Counted from the stretch's first letter, positions 45,560 through 54,337 are shown. The stretch is DNA of 64,000 nucleotides from Clostridia bacterium (GCA_017399965.1 JAFQAP010000003.1:40028-104027), one strand, 5' to 3'. Notes: generated by a model from the sequence alone, not told the origin. Program-made: numbers and translations.

Positions 45560-46682
45560 ATTCCGGAATACTGAAGTCACTATGCGTCATCATATCGTAC
45601 AGCTTATACTGACCGTCAACTTCGTGGAAATAGAGGGAAAGGTCTATATATTCGTACTGTTCGCGGGCGTTGCCTCTTATGGCGTGCCAGGTATATTTTA
45701 CTCTGCAGGAGAACACGCCGTCGGCGTATTCGTAAAATTCAAAGGTCTGTTCATCTAAAAATTCACATTCGTTGTGTGCGTGAACGTAGAAGTTTTCCAG
45801 AGTTCTTATTTTTTCGTAAAGGTCGCTTTTGGGGTCGATATAAGGCTTAACACCGTTAAATGTACCGCACGCCTGCGCAAACTTTGCGTAATTTACGGAA
45901 AACGCAAGGGCAATTTCGGAATAAAGCTCCTTTAATTCCTCGTTGTAGTTTACGGTTGCCCGGAACACTCCGTTTTCGTCCTTTGTTACGGTGCAGGGTG
46001 CGCCGTATTTATCGGTCACGGTAATATTTTCGGTTTTATACAACAGACCGTCCAGAACGTATGTGGAATATTTTATTCCTTGGGTCGGGTCGCCGTTGTG
46101 GAAAACTCTGTCCGGCATATGGGCGCAGGATTCTGTTTCCGTAACCTCGGTAACGCAGCTTTTGTCAAGGGTGTATCCGTTAACAGTAACCGTCGCATCG
46201 GAGGGCGCGATTATCTTTACGGAAACCGTTTCCACCTTGTAAAAGAATTCGTATCCCCCCATAGTGTATATAGAGTTGCCGTATTCCGTTTTTTCGCCTG
46301 AATTCACCACGGTAAACTGGGCAAACTTGTATTTACCTGCGCTTACCACGTATTTAAACACGTCACCGGTAATAGAACCGCTTGCCGCTTCGTTATAGGT
46401 TATTTCACCGCCGCCGATCTGGTCGGTAACGTATTTTATAAGGTCTTCCTTCGTTTCCGCGGGAGAAACGTTAAAAGGGTTGGTTTCTATAAGCGCCTCT
46501 ATATCGAGGTTTTTGAAATATGTGTCAAACACCTGCTCAGCCACGTACTTGGGACGGGTGGATTCATAATCCGCCATCCAGCTTTTTAAAAGTCCCAGTC
46601 CGTATGCCACACAGCATACGCCTACCAGCACAAGCAAAGCAAGAATGGTATAAAAATACGGGAAACGCTTTGTTTTTTCCAT
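45558..46682 (-). CDS. N-terminally membrane-anchored hypothetical extracellular protein
   Basis: 374 aa with one TM helix (FYTILALLVLVGVCCVAYGLGLL). GGGGGA RBS. Starts 4 nt after the upstream stop. Confidence 0.65.
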   Translation of the reverse strand: MEKTKRFPYFYTILALLVLVGVCCVAYGLGLLKSWMADYESTRPKYVAEQVFDTYFKNLDIEALIETNPFNVSPAETKEDLIKYVTDQIGGGEITYNEAASGSITGDVFKYVVSAGKYKFAQFTVVNSGEKTEYGNSIYTMGGYEFFYKVETVSVKIIAPSDATVTVNGYTLDKSCVTEVTETESCAHMPDRVFHNGDPTQGIKYSTYVLDGLLYKTENITVTDKYGAPCTVTKDENGVFRATVNYNEELKELYSEIALAFSVNYAKFAQACGTFNGVKPYIDPKSDLYEKIRTLENFYVHAHNECEFLDEQTFEFYEYADGVFSCRVKYTWHAIRGNAREQYEYIDLSLYFHEVDGQYKLYDMMTHSDFSIPE

Positions 46683-46685
46683 TTT

Positions 46686-47825
46686 TTATTCCCCCTTGTC
46701 CTTTGCTACCACAAAATAGGTGGGCATTGTTCTGGGCGGTATAAACGCCTTGTATTTGTTTACTATACCCTGAAGCTGGTATTGGTCCAGAGCGGATTCG
46801 TCTATATGATAACGGGATATGTAGTTATCGAAATACATAAGCGAAGACGTACCGCCGTCCAGCATACCCGCAACAACTGCGCCTTGGGAAACCAGCAGAT
46901 CTATAATATCGTTTCTGGAAGCGCCTATACTTGCGGCGCTGCGTCCGTCCGTAACCACCAAAAGCATGGTTCCGTCCGCCCGCTGACCGATAGCCGTTCT
47001 CTGTGCCGCGCCTACGTTGCCTTCGCTGTAATGCAGCTGAACCTTGCCGTTTTCGTTGGTTATAAGCACGTTTCCGTTCTGGAAGCAAACGCCGTCCCGT
47101 ATCTTAAGCTCTTCCGCTTCTTTTTTGGTCATACCTTCTTTAACGATAAGACGGTCGTTTTCGTCAATACCGATAAACGTCAGGCGTATGCCGTCATCCC
47201 ACACGCACTGGTTTTGGGAATATGTTATTCCCAAAGGGATATTTCCGGGGCTGGAGCCGTTATCGGGAAATCCGCCTGCGTTGATAACCACGTGGGCATC
47301 GTATTTTTGGGCTATTTTAAATATAGTCATGCCTTGGGGCGCAACTCCCATATTATCGCATACACCCACAAACACGCGGGAAGGGTCTTTTACCACGGTC
47401 AGATATGCGCGGTAGGTAGAGCCCTGCAAAAACTCAAGCCGCACTCCTTCGGGGTAATCTGCCCATTCGTCGTATTCCTCGCCGCCGCCGATATCCGTGC
47501 CTTCGGGGGGCTTGGGCTTGAAATCGTTAATGTCTATTTCGGTAACGGTTACTTTTTCGCTGTTTGCCATTATTTCGTTAATGGTATCATCATCCAAAAA
47601 CAGACCGGGAAGCCATTTTGTGGCAGACGCCTGCTTTGCGGAAAGAACCAGCATATCTCTCAAAGAAGGGCTGGGACCGTTGGCAAGGGTAAGTCCCAGC
47701 GCGTACACGCTTCCCACAAGGAAAAGCAGTATGACCAGCAGGGTTATAAGGGTTCGGCGCACCACCAGCCAAAAGGTCTTGACCGCCTTGGAACGCTCTT
47801 TTTTCTCTTTGTTTCTTTTTATCAT
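46686..47825 (-). CDS. Phosphodiester glycosidase family protein (DUF2233/NAGPA-like), membrane-anchored
   Basis: 379 aa from MIKRNKE, with an ATGA overlap with the upstream stop. Contains INAGGF, RTAIGQRADGTMLLVVTDGR and GMLDGGTSS. Confidence 0.7.
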   Translation of the reverse strand: MIKRNKEKKERSKAVKTFWLVVRRTLITLLVILLFLVGSVYALGLTLANGPSPSLRDMLVLSAKQASATKWLPGLFLDDDTINEIMANSEKVTVTEIDINDFKPKPPEGTDIGGGEEYDEWADYPEGVRLEFLQGSTYRAYLTVVKDPSRVFVGVCDNMGVAPQGMTIFKIAQKYDAHVVINAGGFPDNGSSPGNIPLGITYSQNQCVWDDGIRLTFIGIDENDRLIVKEGMTKKEAEELKIRDGVCFQNGNVLITNENGKVQLHYSEGNVGAAQRTAIGQRADGTMLLVVTDGRSAASIGASRNDIIDLLVSQGAVVAGMLDGGTSSLMYFDNYISRYHIDESALDQYQLQGIVNKYKAFIPPRTMPTYFVVAKDKGE

Positions 47826-48919
47826 TTTTTCTTTTTTCCTCCGAACACCCACTCACGCTGCAGAGTAAAGCTGAGTATAAACAGCACGGTATCCACCGCC
47901 GCTTTTATAAGGGTGATAACGATCTCTTTTGTGCCGTTGGGCAGTAATATGGTTATTCCGCCTACGGATGCGCCGGAAATAAGCATTATAAGTATTACCA
48001 GCACGTAATATTTAAGCATTGTGTGCTTTGCGCCCGTCTTCTTTGCAAAAACAAGACGGCTGTTTACAAAATAGTTGTAAAGGGAAGATATAATTCTTGC
48101 CGCTGCGGTACAGCAGGCGGTGCATATAAACTTTGCCTCTGCCGTTTCTGAAAACTTGGATAAAAACAAAAAAGAAAACAGAGTAAACAAGGCAAGGTCA
48201 ATAGCCGTTGCGGAAAGGGAAGAAAACGCATATCCGAATATCTGCTTATAGATCATAAAAGAATCTTTTAAAGGGTTAAAATGGGATGTTTTGTTTTCTT
48301 CTATGTAAACCGTTTCAATGGAATTTTCTGCAAAGGGTATGCCGTTATCCTTCAAGGCAAGCAGCATATTCGTTTCGTATTCAAATCTGTCCCCCTTAAC
48401 AGCCATAAGAATGTCTAAAAATTCTATGGGGATAGCGCGGAGTCCCGTCTGGGTATCGGTTATCCGTATTCCGCACAGATATTTGAATACAAAAGCGGTC
48501 ATCTTGTTGCCGAAAACGCTTCTTGCGGGGATACCGGGCAGGTTGAAATTACGTGCGCCCAAAATAATTTTGTTTTCCCCCAGCATACGCATTGCGCAGG
48601 AAAGCACGTCTTCGGGGCGGTGCTGTCCGTCCCCGTCCACCGTCACCACGCCCAAAGCCTCGGGGCGTGTTTTTTTAACGTATGCAAAGGCGGTTTTAAG
48701 TCCCGCGCCCTTGCCGCGGTTTATCCAATGGTTTATTACGGTACAGCAGGGGTACTCTTCGGGGGAAGGGAAGTTTTGCTCGCACTCCGTTTTGCTTCCG
48801 TCGTTTATTATAACAATATCTGTAAATCCCGCATCCATAAGCCCCTGAACCGTCTTTTTCAGTTTTTCATCAGGGTTGAGAGAGGGTATAATTACGGTTA
48901 TCTTTGAGATAGAAGACAT
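47822..48919 (-). CDS. Glycosyltransferase family 2 fused to a C-terminal GtrA-like membrane domain
   Basis: 365 aa with VIIPSLNPDEKL, IVIINDGS and TVDGDGQH (DxD). The C-terminal four TM helices resemble GtrA. Confidence 0.8.
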   Translation of the reverse strand: MSSISKITVIIPSLNPDEKLKKTVQGLMDAGFTDIVIINDGSKTECEQNFPSPEEYPCCTVINHWINRGKGAGLKTAFAYVKKTRPEALGVVTVDGDGQHRPEDVLSCAMRMLGENKIILGARNFNLPGIPARSVFGNKMTAFVFKYLCGIRITDTQTGLRAIPIEFLDILMAVKGDRFEYETNMLLALKDNGIPFAENSIETVYIEENKTSHFNPLKDSFMIYKQIFGYAFSSLSATAIDLALFTLFSFLFLSKFSETAEAKFICTACCTAAARIISSLYNYFVNSRLVFAKKTGAKHTMLKYYVLVILIMLISGASVGGITILLPNGTKEIVITLIKAAVDTVLFILSFTLQREWVFGGKKKK

Positions 48920-48937
48920 AAGTTTTCTCCTTTATTT

Positions 48938-49070
48938 AATGAGGAATGATGAATGCGACGCGATGCAAAGCATCGCTAAATGATGAATGATGGAAACCTT
49001 TTTCACGCTTCGCGTGAAAAAGCTACCGAAATTCCTCATTCCTCATTCCTCATTCCTCATTTTCATCATT
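48938..49070. repeat. Family-A island
   Basis: In order: AATGAGG/AATGATG heptads, GCGATGC-aaa-GCATCGC, CTTTTTCACGC-ttc-GCGTGAAAAAG, then CATTCCT heptads. The pyrR stop (49066-49068) lies in the last word. Confidence 0.85.
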
Positions 49071-49608
49071 CCAGCCCTGCGGGCTCTAATATTGCTACTT
49101 CCGTTTTTCCGTCCAATTCTTTGACACGCACCGCAATTTTTTCTTTGCGGGAGGTGGGCACGTTTTTACCCACGTAATCGGCACGTATGGGCAACTCTCT
49201 GTGGCCTCTGTCAATAAGGGCGGCAAGGCGTATGGCGGCAGGTCTTCCGCAAAGCATTACCGCCTCAATGGCGGCGCGTACCGTTCTGCCGGTGTATAAA
49301 ACGTCGTCCACCAGCACCACCGTCTTTCCTTCCACCGCAGTCTTTAAAGGGGTTTTTTCGGTCTTGCGTATGTTTCCGTTATCATCCCGGAAGGGGGAAA
49401 CGTCCAGCTCCTCCACGGAAACCTCTACCCCGTAGGAGTTTTTTATACGCATGGCTATTCGGTTTGCAAGGGGAAGCCCTCTGCGGCGTATACCCACAAG
49501 GCATATGGAGGATATGTCCTCGTTTTTTTCCACTATCTCGTGGCTTATGCGGGTGAGCGAGCGTTCCAGTGCCTGCTCGTCCAGCAGTATGGTCTTTTCT
49601 CTGTACAT
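49066..49608 (-). CDS. pyrR: Bifunctional pyr operon regulator / uracil phosphoribosyltransferase PyrR
   Basis: 180 aa. PRPP motif VVLVDDVLYTGRTVRAA and IDRGHRELPI. Confidence 0.9.
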   Translation of the reverse strand: MYREKTILLDEQALERSLTRISHEIVEKNEDISSICLVGIRRRGLPLANRIAMRIKNSYGVEVSVEELDVSPFRDDNGNIRKTEKTPLKTAVEGKTVVLVDDVLYTGRTVRAAIEAVMLCGRPAAIRLAALIDRGHRELPIRADYVGKNVPTSRKEKIAVRVKELDGKTEVAILEPAGLE

Positions 49609-49786
49609 ATATTCCGCCTTTAAGGTATATAATTTTACTTCATAACAGATATTATACTGTTTTTTTAATATAAGTCAACACATTTCTTACATATTAATAA
49701 TTAATTAACAGCTATTTTCGTTGACAAACGAGGGCTTTTGTAATATAATATTATATCTGTAAAATGCGGAAGGAGGCGTTTTCGTT

Positions 49787-50575
49787 TTGGGCAGATGTGT
49801 TTTTGTAACATCCTTTAAAGGCGGTGTGGGAAAAAGCTTTGTTTCCGCCAATCTTGCGGGTGCATTAACAAATCTGGGCAAAAAAGTTCTTGTTGCGGAC
49901 GGGGACTTAGGTATGCGCAGTATGGATATCCTGCTGGGCTGTGAAAACGCTTCGCTTTTTGATATCAAGGACGTTATATCCGGCGCTTGTCCCGTGGAAA
50001 AAGCGATAATTAAAGCAGAAAAAGCCGGCTTTCCCGATTTCATTCCCGCACCCCAGACCTATGACGGATCTACGCTGGATAAAGAGCGCACCCACGCATT
50101 GTTTACATACCTTAAAAGCGTGTACGATTACGTGCTTATAGATTCCTCTGCGGAATATTCGCCCTATTATTCGCTTCTTGCATCCTGCGCGGATACGGCG
50201 GTCATCGTTACCGCCCATCAGTCCACGGCGGTGCGTGCGGCAGAAAAAACCGCATCGCTTCTTGCAAAGGAAGGGTTAAAGGAGCAATATCTGGTAATAA
50301 ATATGTTCCGCAAAAAAGAAGCGGAAAAAGGCTTGCTGCCCGACCCTGCGGATATTATCCTGAATTCCGCCGTACCTCTTTTGGGAATTGTCCCTTGGGA
50401 TAAAAATGCGGCGACAGAGGCGGAAAAGGGCGGAATTGCTTTTTGCAGCCGCAAAGGCAAAGCATATTCCTTTGAAGCGGCGGCAATAAATATAGCCTAC
50501 CGTCTGTGCGGAAACGAGGTTCCCTTGTTTAAAGGGGTTTACCGCACCTTAAGAAGAAAATTCTATCTTAAATAA
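49787..50575 (+). CDS. MinD/ParA-family P-loop ATPase (MinD-like; no minC or minE nearby)
   Basis: 262 aa with a TTG start 9 nt after GGAAGGAGG. Deviant Walker A SFKGGVGKS and DGDLGMRSMD. Confidence 0.7.
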   Translation: MGRCVFVTSFKGGVGKSFVSANLAGALTNLGKKVLVADGDLGMRSMDILLGCENASLFDIKDVISGACPVEKAIIKAEKAGFPDFIPAPQTYDGSTLDKERTHALFTYLKSVYDYVLIDSSAEYSPYYSLLASCADTAVIVTAHQSTAVRAAEKTASLLAKEGLKEQYLVINMFRKKEAEKGLLPDPADIILNSAVPLLGIVPWDKNAATEAEKGGIAFCSRKGKAYSFEAAAINIAYRLCGNEVPLFKGVYRTLRRKFYLK

Positions 50576-50610
50576 TAAAATATTAAAGGCAAGAAAGGAC
50601 GATTATTATT

Positions 50611-51009
50611 ATGGAAATAGCAATTATCGCCAACGATAAGAAAAAAGAGCTTATCACCGAATTCTGCATAGCATATTGCGGAGTGCTTGCCAAGCACAAC
50701 ATCTGTGCAACAGCTACGACAGGAAAATACATAAGCGAAGCAACGGGACTCAAAGTTACCCGTATGCTTGCAGGCTCTCACGGCGGAGCAGAGCAGATCG
50801 CTGCCCGTATAGCGTATAACGAGATCGACCTGGTTATCTTCCTGCGCGACCCCAATACGGATGCAGAGTATATAGATACCACGCTTCAGGTCATCCGTCT
50901 GTGCGATAGCCATAACATCCCCGTTGCAACCAATATCGCAACTGCGGAGGCGCTTATTCTGGCGCTCGGCAGAGGAGACCTTGATTGGAGAGAGATTCAG
51001 AGAAAATGA
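50611..51009 (+). CDS. mgsA: Methylglyoxal synthase
   Basis: 132 aa. Contains IAIIANDKKKEL, ATATTGKYI and GSHGGAEQIAA. The stop TGA lies inside the first AATGAGG word of the next island. Confidence 0.85.
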   Translation: MEIAIIANDKKKELITEFCIAYCGVLAKHNICATATTGKYISEATGLKVTRMLAGSHGGAEQIAARIAYNEIDLVIFLRDPNTDAEYIDTTLQVIRLCDSHNIPVATNIATAEALILALGRGDLDWREIQRK

Positions 51010-51105
51010 GGAATGATAAATGATAAATGATGAATGATGGTTGATTTTTGTTCGCAGAACAAAAATCTTCCGTAATTTCTCATTCCTCATTCCTCATTCA
51101 TCATT
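51004..51105 (-). repeat. Family-A island (inverted relative to 52389-52515)
   Basis: In order: AATGAGG/AATGATA/AATGATG heptads, ATGGTT, GATTTTTG-TTCgcaGAA-CAAAAATC (51043-51067), CTTCCG, then CATTCCT/CATTCAT heptads. Confidence 0.85.
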
Positions 51106-51128
51106 AATTTTTACGGAGTAAAAATTCT

Positions 51129-52388
51129 ATGGAACAAATAAAAAAACCTCGGGGAACACTTGATATTCTTCCCGAGCAGACTGCCGCCTGGCAGTATATC
51201 GAAAAAATAATACGCAAAAAGTGTCTTGAATACGGCTTCGGCGAGATACGCTTCCCCACCTTTGAAGCTACCGAGCTGTTCTCCCGCGGTGTGGGCGATA
51301 CTACCGACGTGGTGCAAAAGGAAATGTACACCTTTAAGGATAGGGACGACCGCAGTCTGTCCTTGCGTCCGGAGGGAACGGCGTGCGTTGTCCGCAGTAT
51401 GCTGGAAAACGGTCTTTACGCAGGCGCAATGCCCTTAAAGCTGTATTATCTTACCAATTTCTTCCGCTACGAAAAGCCCCAGGCAGGCAGAAGCAGAGAG
51501 TTTTTCCAGTTCGGAACAGAGCTGTTCGGCTCCGAATCCCCTGCGGCGGATGCAACGGTCATCTCCCTTGCATACAGCGTGTTCAAGGAATTGGGACTTA
51601 ATAATGTGGTGCTTCACATAAATTCCGTGGGCTGTCCCGGCTGCCGTCCCAAATACAGAGAAGCACTTGTTGAATATCTTGGCGGATACACGGAGGGTCT
51701 TTGCCCCACCTGTCTTGAAAGACTGGGCAAAAATCCCCTTCGCGTGCTGGATTGCAAATCTCCCGTATGCTCGGAAATAGCAAAAAACGCACCCAAGACC
51801 ACACAGCACCTTTGCGAGGATTGCGAACAGCATCTTAAAGCGCTTACGGATATTCTTGATGCATCGGGAATTCCTTACGTTATAGATTCGGGTATCGTAA
51901 GAGGCTTGGATTATTACACCGGCACGGTGTTTGAGTTTATAGATGAACGTATCGGCGCCCAGTCCACCGTTTGCGGCGGCGGCAGATACGACGGACTCGT
52001 TTCCCAGCTTGGCGGACCGCAGATGTCGGGCGTAGGCTTTGGTATGGGTATTACCCGTCTTATCGCCTGCCTTGAAACGGAGAATTTGTTAAAGAGCGTG
52101 GATACCGCACCGGATATCTATCTTGCTCCCGCGGAAAAGAGCGTGTATGCAAAAGTATTTACTCTTTGCGAACAGCTCCGCGCTATGGGTATAAAGGCGG
52201 AAACCGACCTTTGCTCCCGCAGTATAAAAGCGCAAATGAAATATGCGGATAAAATTCACGCCCGCTTTACAGCCGTTATCGGCGGAACAGAGACGGAAAC
52301 CGGCGTAGTTACGGTCAAGAATATGCAAGACGGCGGCAGGGCGGAAGTCGCACTTACGGCGGCAGACATTGCTAACGCAATAAAATAA
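51129..52388 (+). CDS. hisS: Histidine--tRNA ligase
   Basis: 419 aa. Class II motifs (RFPTFE, FRYEKPQAGRSREF, GGGRYDGL) and a C-terminal anticodon-binding domain. Confidence 0.95.
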   Translation: MEQIKKPRGTLDILPEQTAAWQYIEKIIRKKCLEYGFGEIRFPTFEATELFSRGVGDTTDVVQKEMYTFKDRDDRSLSLRPEGTACVVRSMLENGLYAGAMPLKLYYLTNFFRYEKPQAGRSREFFQFGTELFGSESPAADATVISLAYSVFKELGLNNVVLHINSVGCPGCRPKYREALVEYLGGYTEGLCPTCLERLGKNPLRVLDCKSPVCSEIAKNAPKTTQHLCEDCEQHLKALTDILDASGIPYVIDSGIVRGLDYYTGTVFEFIDERIGAQSTVCGGGRYDGLVSQLGGPQMSGVGFGMGITRLIACLETENLLKSVDTAPDIYLAPAEKSVYAKVFTLCEQLRAMGIKAETDLCSRSIKAQMKYADKIHARFTAVIGGTETETGVVTVKNMQDGGRAEVALTAADIANAIK

Positions 52389-52515
52389 ATGAGGAATGAG
52401 GAATGCGACGCTCTTGCAAGCAAGAGCTAAATGAGGAATTTCGGAAGATTTTTGTTCGCAGAACAAAAATCAACCATCATTCATCATTCATCATTCATCA
52501 TTTCTCATTCCTAAT
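52389..52515 (+). repeat. Family-A island between hisS and aspS
   Basis: In order: AATGAGG heptads, GCTCTTGC-aa-GCAAGAGC, CGGAAG, GATTTTTG-TTCgcaGAA-CAAAAATC (52447-52471), AACCAT, then CATTCAT heptads. Confidence 0.85.
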
Positions 52516-52552
52516 TCTTCACTATACTTTGAAAGAAGGCAAAATTAAAACC

Positions 52553-54334
52553 ATGGCAGAATTACTTGGAAATTCAAAAAGAACTCACTATTGCGGTGAG
52601 TTTACTATACAAAACGCAGGCGAACGCGCATGCGTAATGGGCTGGTGTCAAAGACAGCGTGACCTTGGCTCGCTTATATTTATCGACTTGCGTGACAGAA
52701 GCGGCATCGTTCAGCTGGCTTTTGACGAAAACACCGAAAAGGATATTTTTGATAAAGCTTTCGGTATAAGAAGCGAATACGTGCTCTGCGCATCCGGCGT
52801 GGTAAGAGAGCGCTCCTCCAAAAATCCCCAGATACCTACGGGTGATATCGAAATAGCGGTAGACGAATTAAAGGTTCTCTCCGTATCCCAGACAACACCC
52901 TTTGAAATAACCGAAAACTCCCGCGCTAACGAGGAGCTCCGCTTAAAGCACCGTTATCTCGACCTGCGCCGTCCCGATCTGATGCAAAATCTGCTGTTCA
53001 GACACAAGGTTGCCAAGGTCACCAGAGATTATTTCGATGAAAACGGCTTTGTGGAAATAGAAACTCCCATTCTTATCCGCTCCACTCCCGAAGGTGCGCG
53101 TGACTATCTCGTTCCCAGCCGTATCAGAAAAGGCTCCTTCTACGCTCTGCCCCAATCCCCCCAGCTGTATAAGCAGCTTTCCATGGTTGCGGGCTTTGAC
53201 AGATATATGCAGATCGCCCGCTGCTTCCGTGATGAAGACCTGCGCGCAGACAGACAGCCCGAATTCACCCAGATCGACTTTGAAATGTCCTTCGTTCAGA
53301 TGGAGGACGTGCTTAACGTCGGCGAAGGATATATCCGCCGTGTATTCAAGGAGACCTTGGACGTGGACGTGCCCGAGATACCCCGTTATACCTACCGTGA
53401 ATGTATGAACCGTTACGGCAGCGATAAGCCGGATATGCGCTTCGGTATGGAGATCGTCGATATTTCCGATATAGTTAAGGGCTGTGATTTTTCCGTGTTC
53501 ACCTCTGCGGTAGCTGCAGGCGGCAGCGTCAGAGGTATAAACTGCAAGGGCTATGCGGAAAAGCTTACCCGTAAAGAGATAGACAAGCTTACCGAGTACG
53601 CAAAGGGATGCGGCGCAAAGGGACTTGCTTGGATAAAGAGAGTCGGCGGAAACGTAACCTGCTCTTTCGGCAAGTTTATGACAGAGGACGAGCTTAACTG
53701 CATCTGCACCCGCCTTGATTGTACCGACGGCGACGTGGCATTTATTATAGCAGATACCAACGATAACGCGGTTCTTACCCAGCTTGGCCAGCTCCGTGTA
53801 GAGGCGGCAAACAGACTGGACGTTCCCAGAGAGGGCTACAGCTTCCTTTGGGTAGTGGAATTCCCCTTCTTTGAAAAGGATGCGGAAACCGGCGAATGGA
53901 TGGCAATGCACCACCCCTTTACCGCGCCGCTTGACGAATGTCTGCCTTATCTTGAAACGGATAAAGGCTCGGTCCGCGCAAAGGCGTACGACCTTGTGCT
54001 TAACGGTATCGAACTTTCCTCCGGCTCTATCCGTATAACCGACCCCGCTTTGCAGGCGACGATCTTCCGTCTGCTGGGTCTTTCCGACGAAGAGGCACAG
54101 CAAAAGTTCGGCTATCTGCTGGACGCATTCAAATACGGCGCACCTCCCCACGGCGGTATGGCGCTGGGTCTGGACAGACTTGTAATGCAAATGCTGGGCG
54201 CTCCCACCTTGCGTGACGTTGTGGCGTTCCCCAAGGTATCCAACGCATCCGAGCTTATGACAGACTGCCCTGCCGAAGTACCTGCACAGGCACTTGCGGA
54301 TCTGGGTATAAGTATAGACAAACAGGAGAAATAA
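52553..54334 (+). CDS. aspS: Aspartate--tRNA ligase
   Basis: 593 aa from MAELLGNSKRTHYCGEF. The 50 upstream track codons are translated repeat sequence. Contains an OB fold, FRDEDLRADRQPEFTQ, and GGMALGLDR. Confidence 0.95.
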   Translation: MAELLGNSKRTHYCGEFTIQNAGERACVMGWCQRQRDLGSLIFIDLRDRSGIVQLAFDENTEKDIFDKAFGIRSEYVLCASGVVRERSSKNPQIPTGDIEIAVDELKVLSVSQTTPFEITENSRANEELRLKHRYLDLRRPDLMQNLLFRHKVAKVTRDYFDENGFVEIETPILIRSTPEGARDYLVPSRIRKGSFYALPQSPQLYKQLSMVAGFDRYMQIARCFRDEDLRADRQPEFTQIDFEMSFVQMEDVLNVGEGYIRRVFKETLDVDVPEIPRYTYRECMNRYGSDKPDMRFGMEIVDISDIVKGCDFSVFTSAVAAGGSVRGINCKGYAEKLTRKEIDKLTEYAKGCGAKGLAWIKRVGGNVTCSFGKFMTEDELNCICTRLDCTDGDVAFIIADTNDNAVLTQLGQLRVEAANRLDVPREGYSFLWVVEFPFFEKDAETGEWMAMHHPFTAPLDECLPYLETDKGSVRAKAYDLVLNGIELSSGSIRITDPALQATIFRLLGLSDEEAQQKFGYLLDAFKYGAPPHGGMALGLDRLVMQMLGAPTLRDVVAFPKVSNASELMTDCPAEVPAQALADLGISIDKQEK

Positions 54335-54337
54335 CCG

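Noticed and set aside
49787-51009. The MinD-like ATPase plus mgsA as a novel system.
   Set aside because: Both have ordinary family motifs, and their adjacency is likely coincidental. The lack of minC and minE nearby is not unusual for orphan MinD/ParA-family ATPases.
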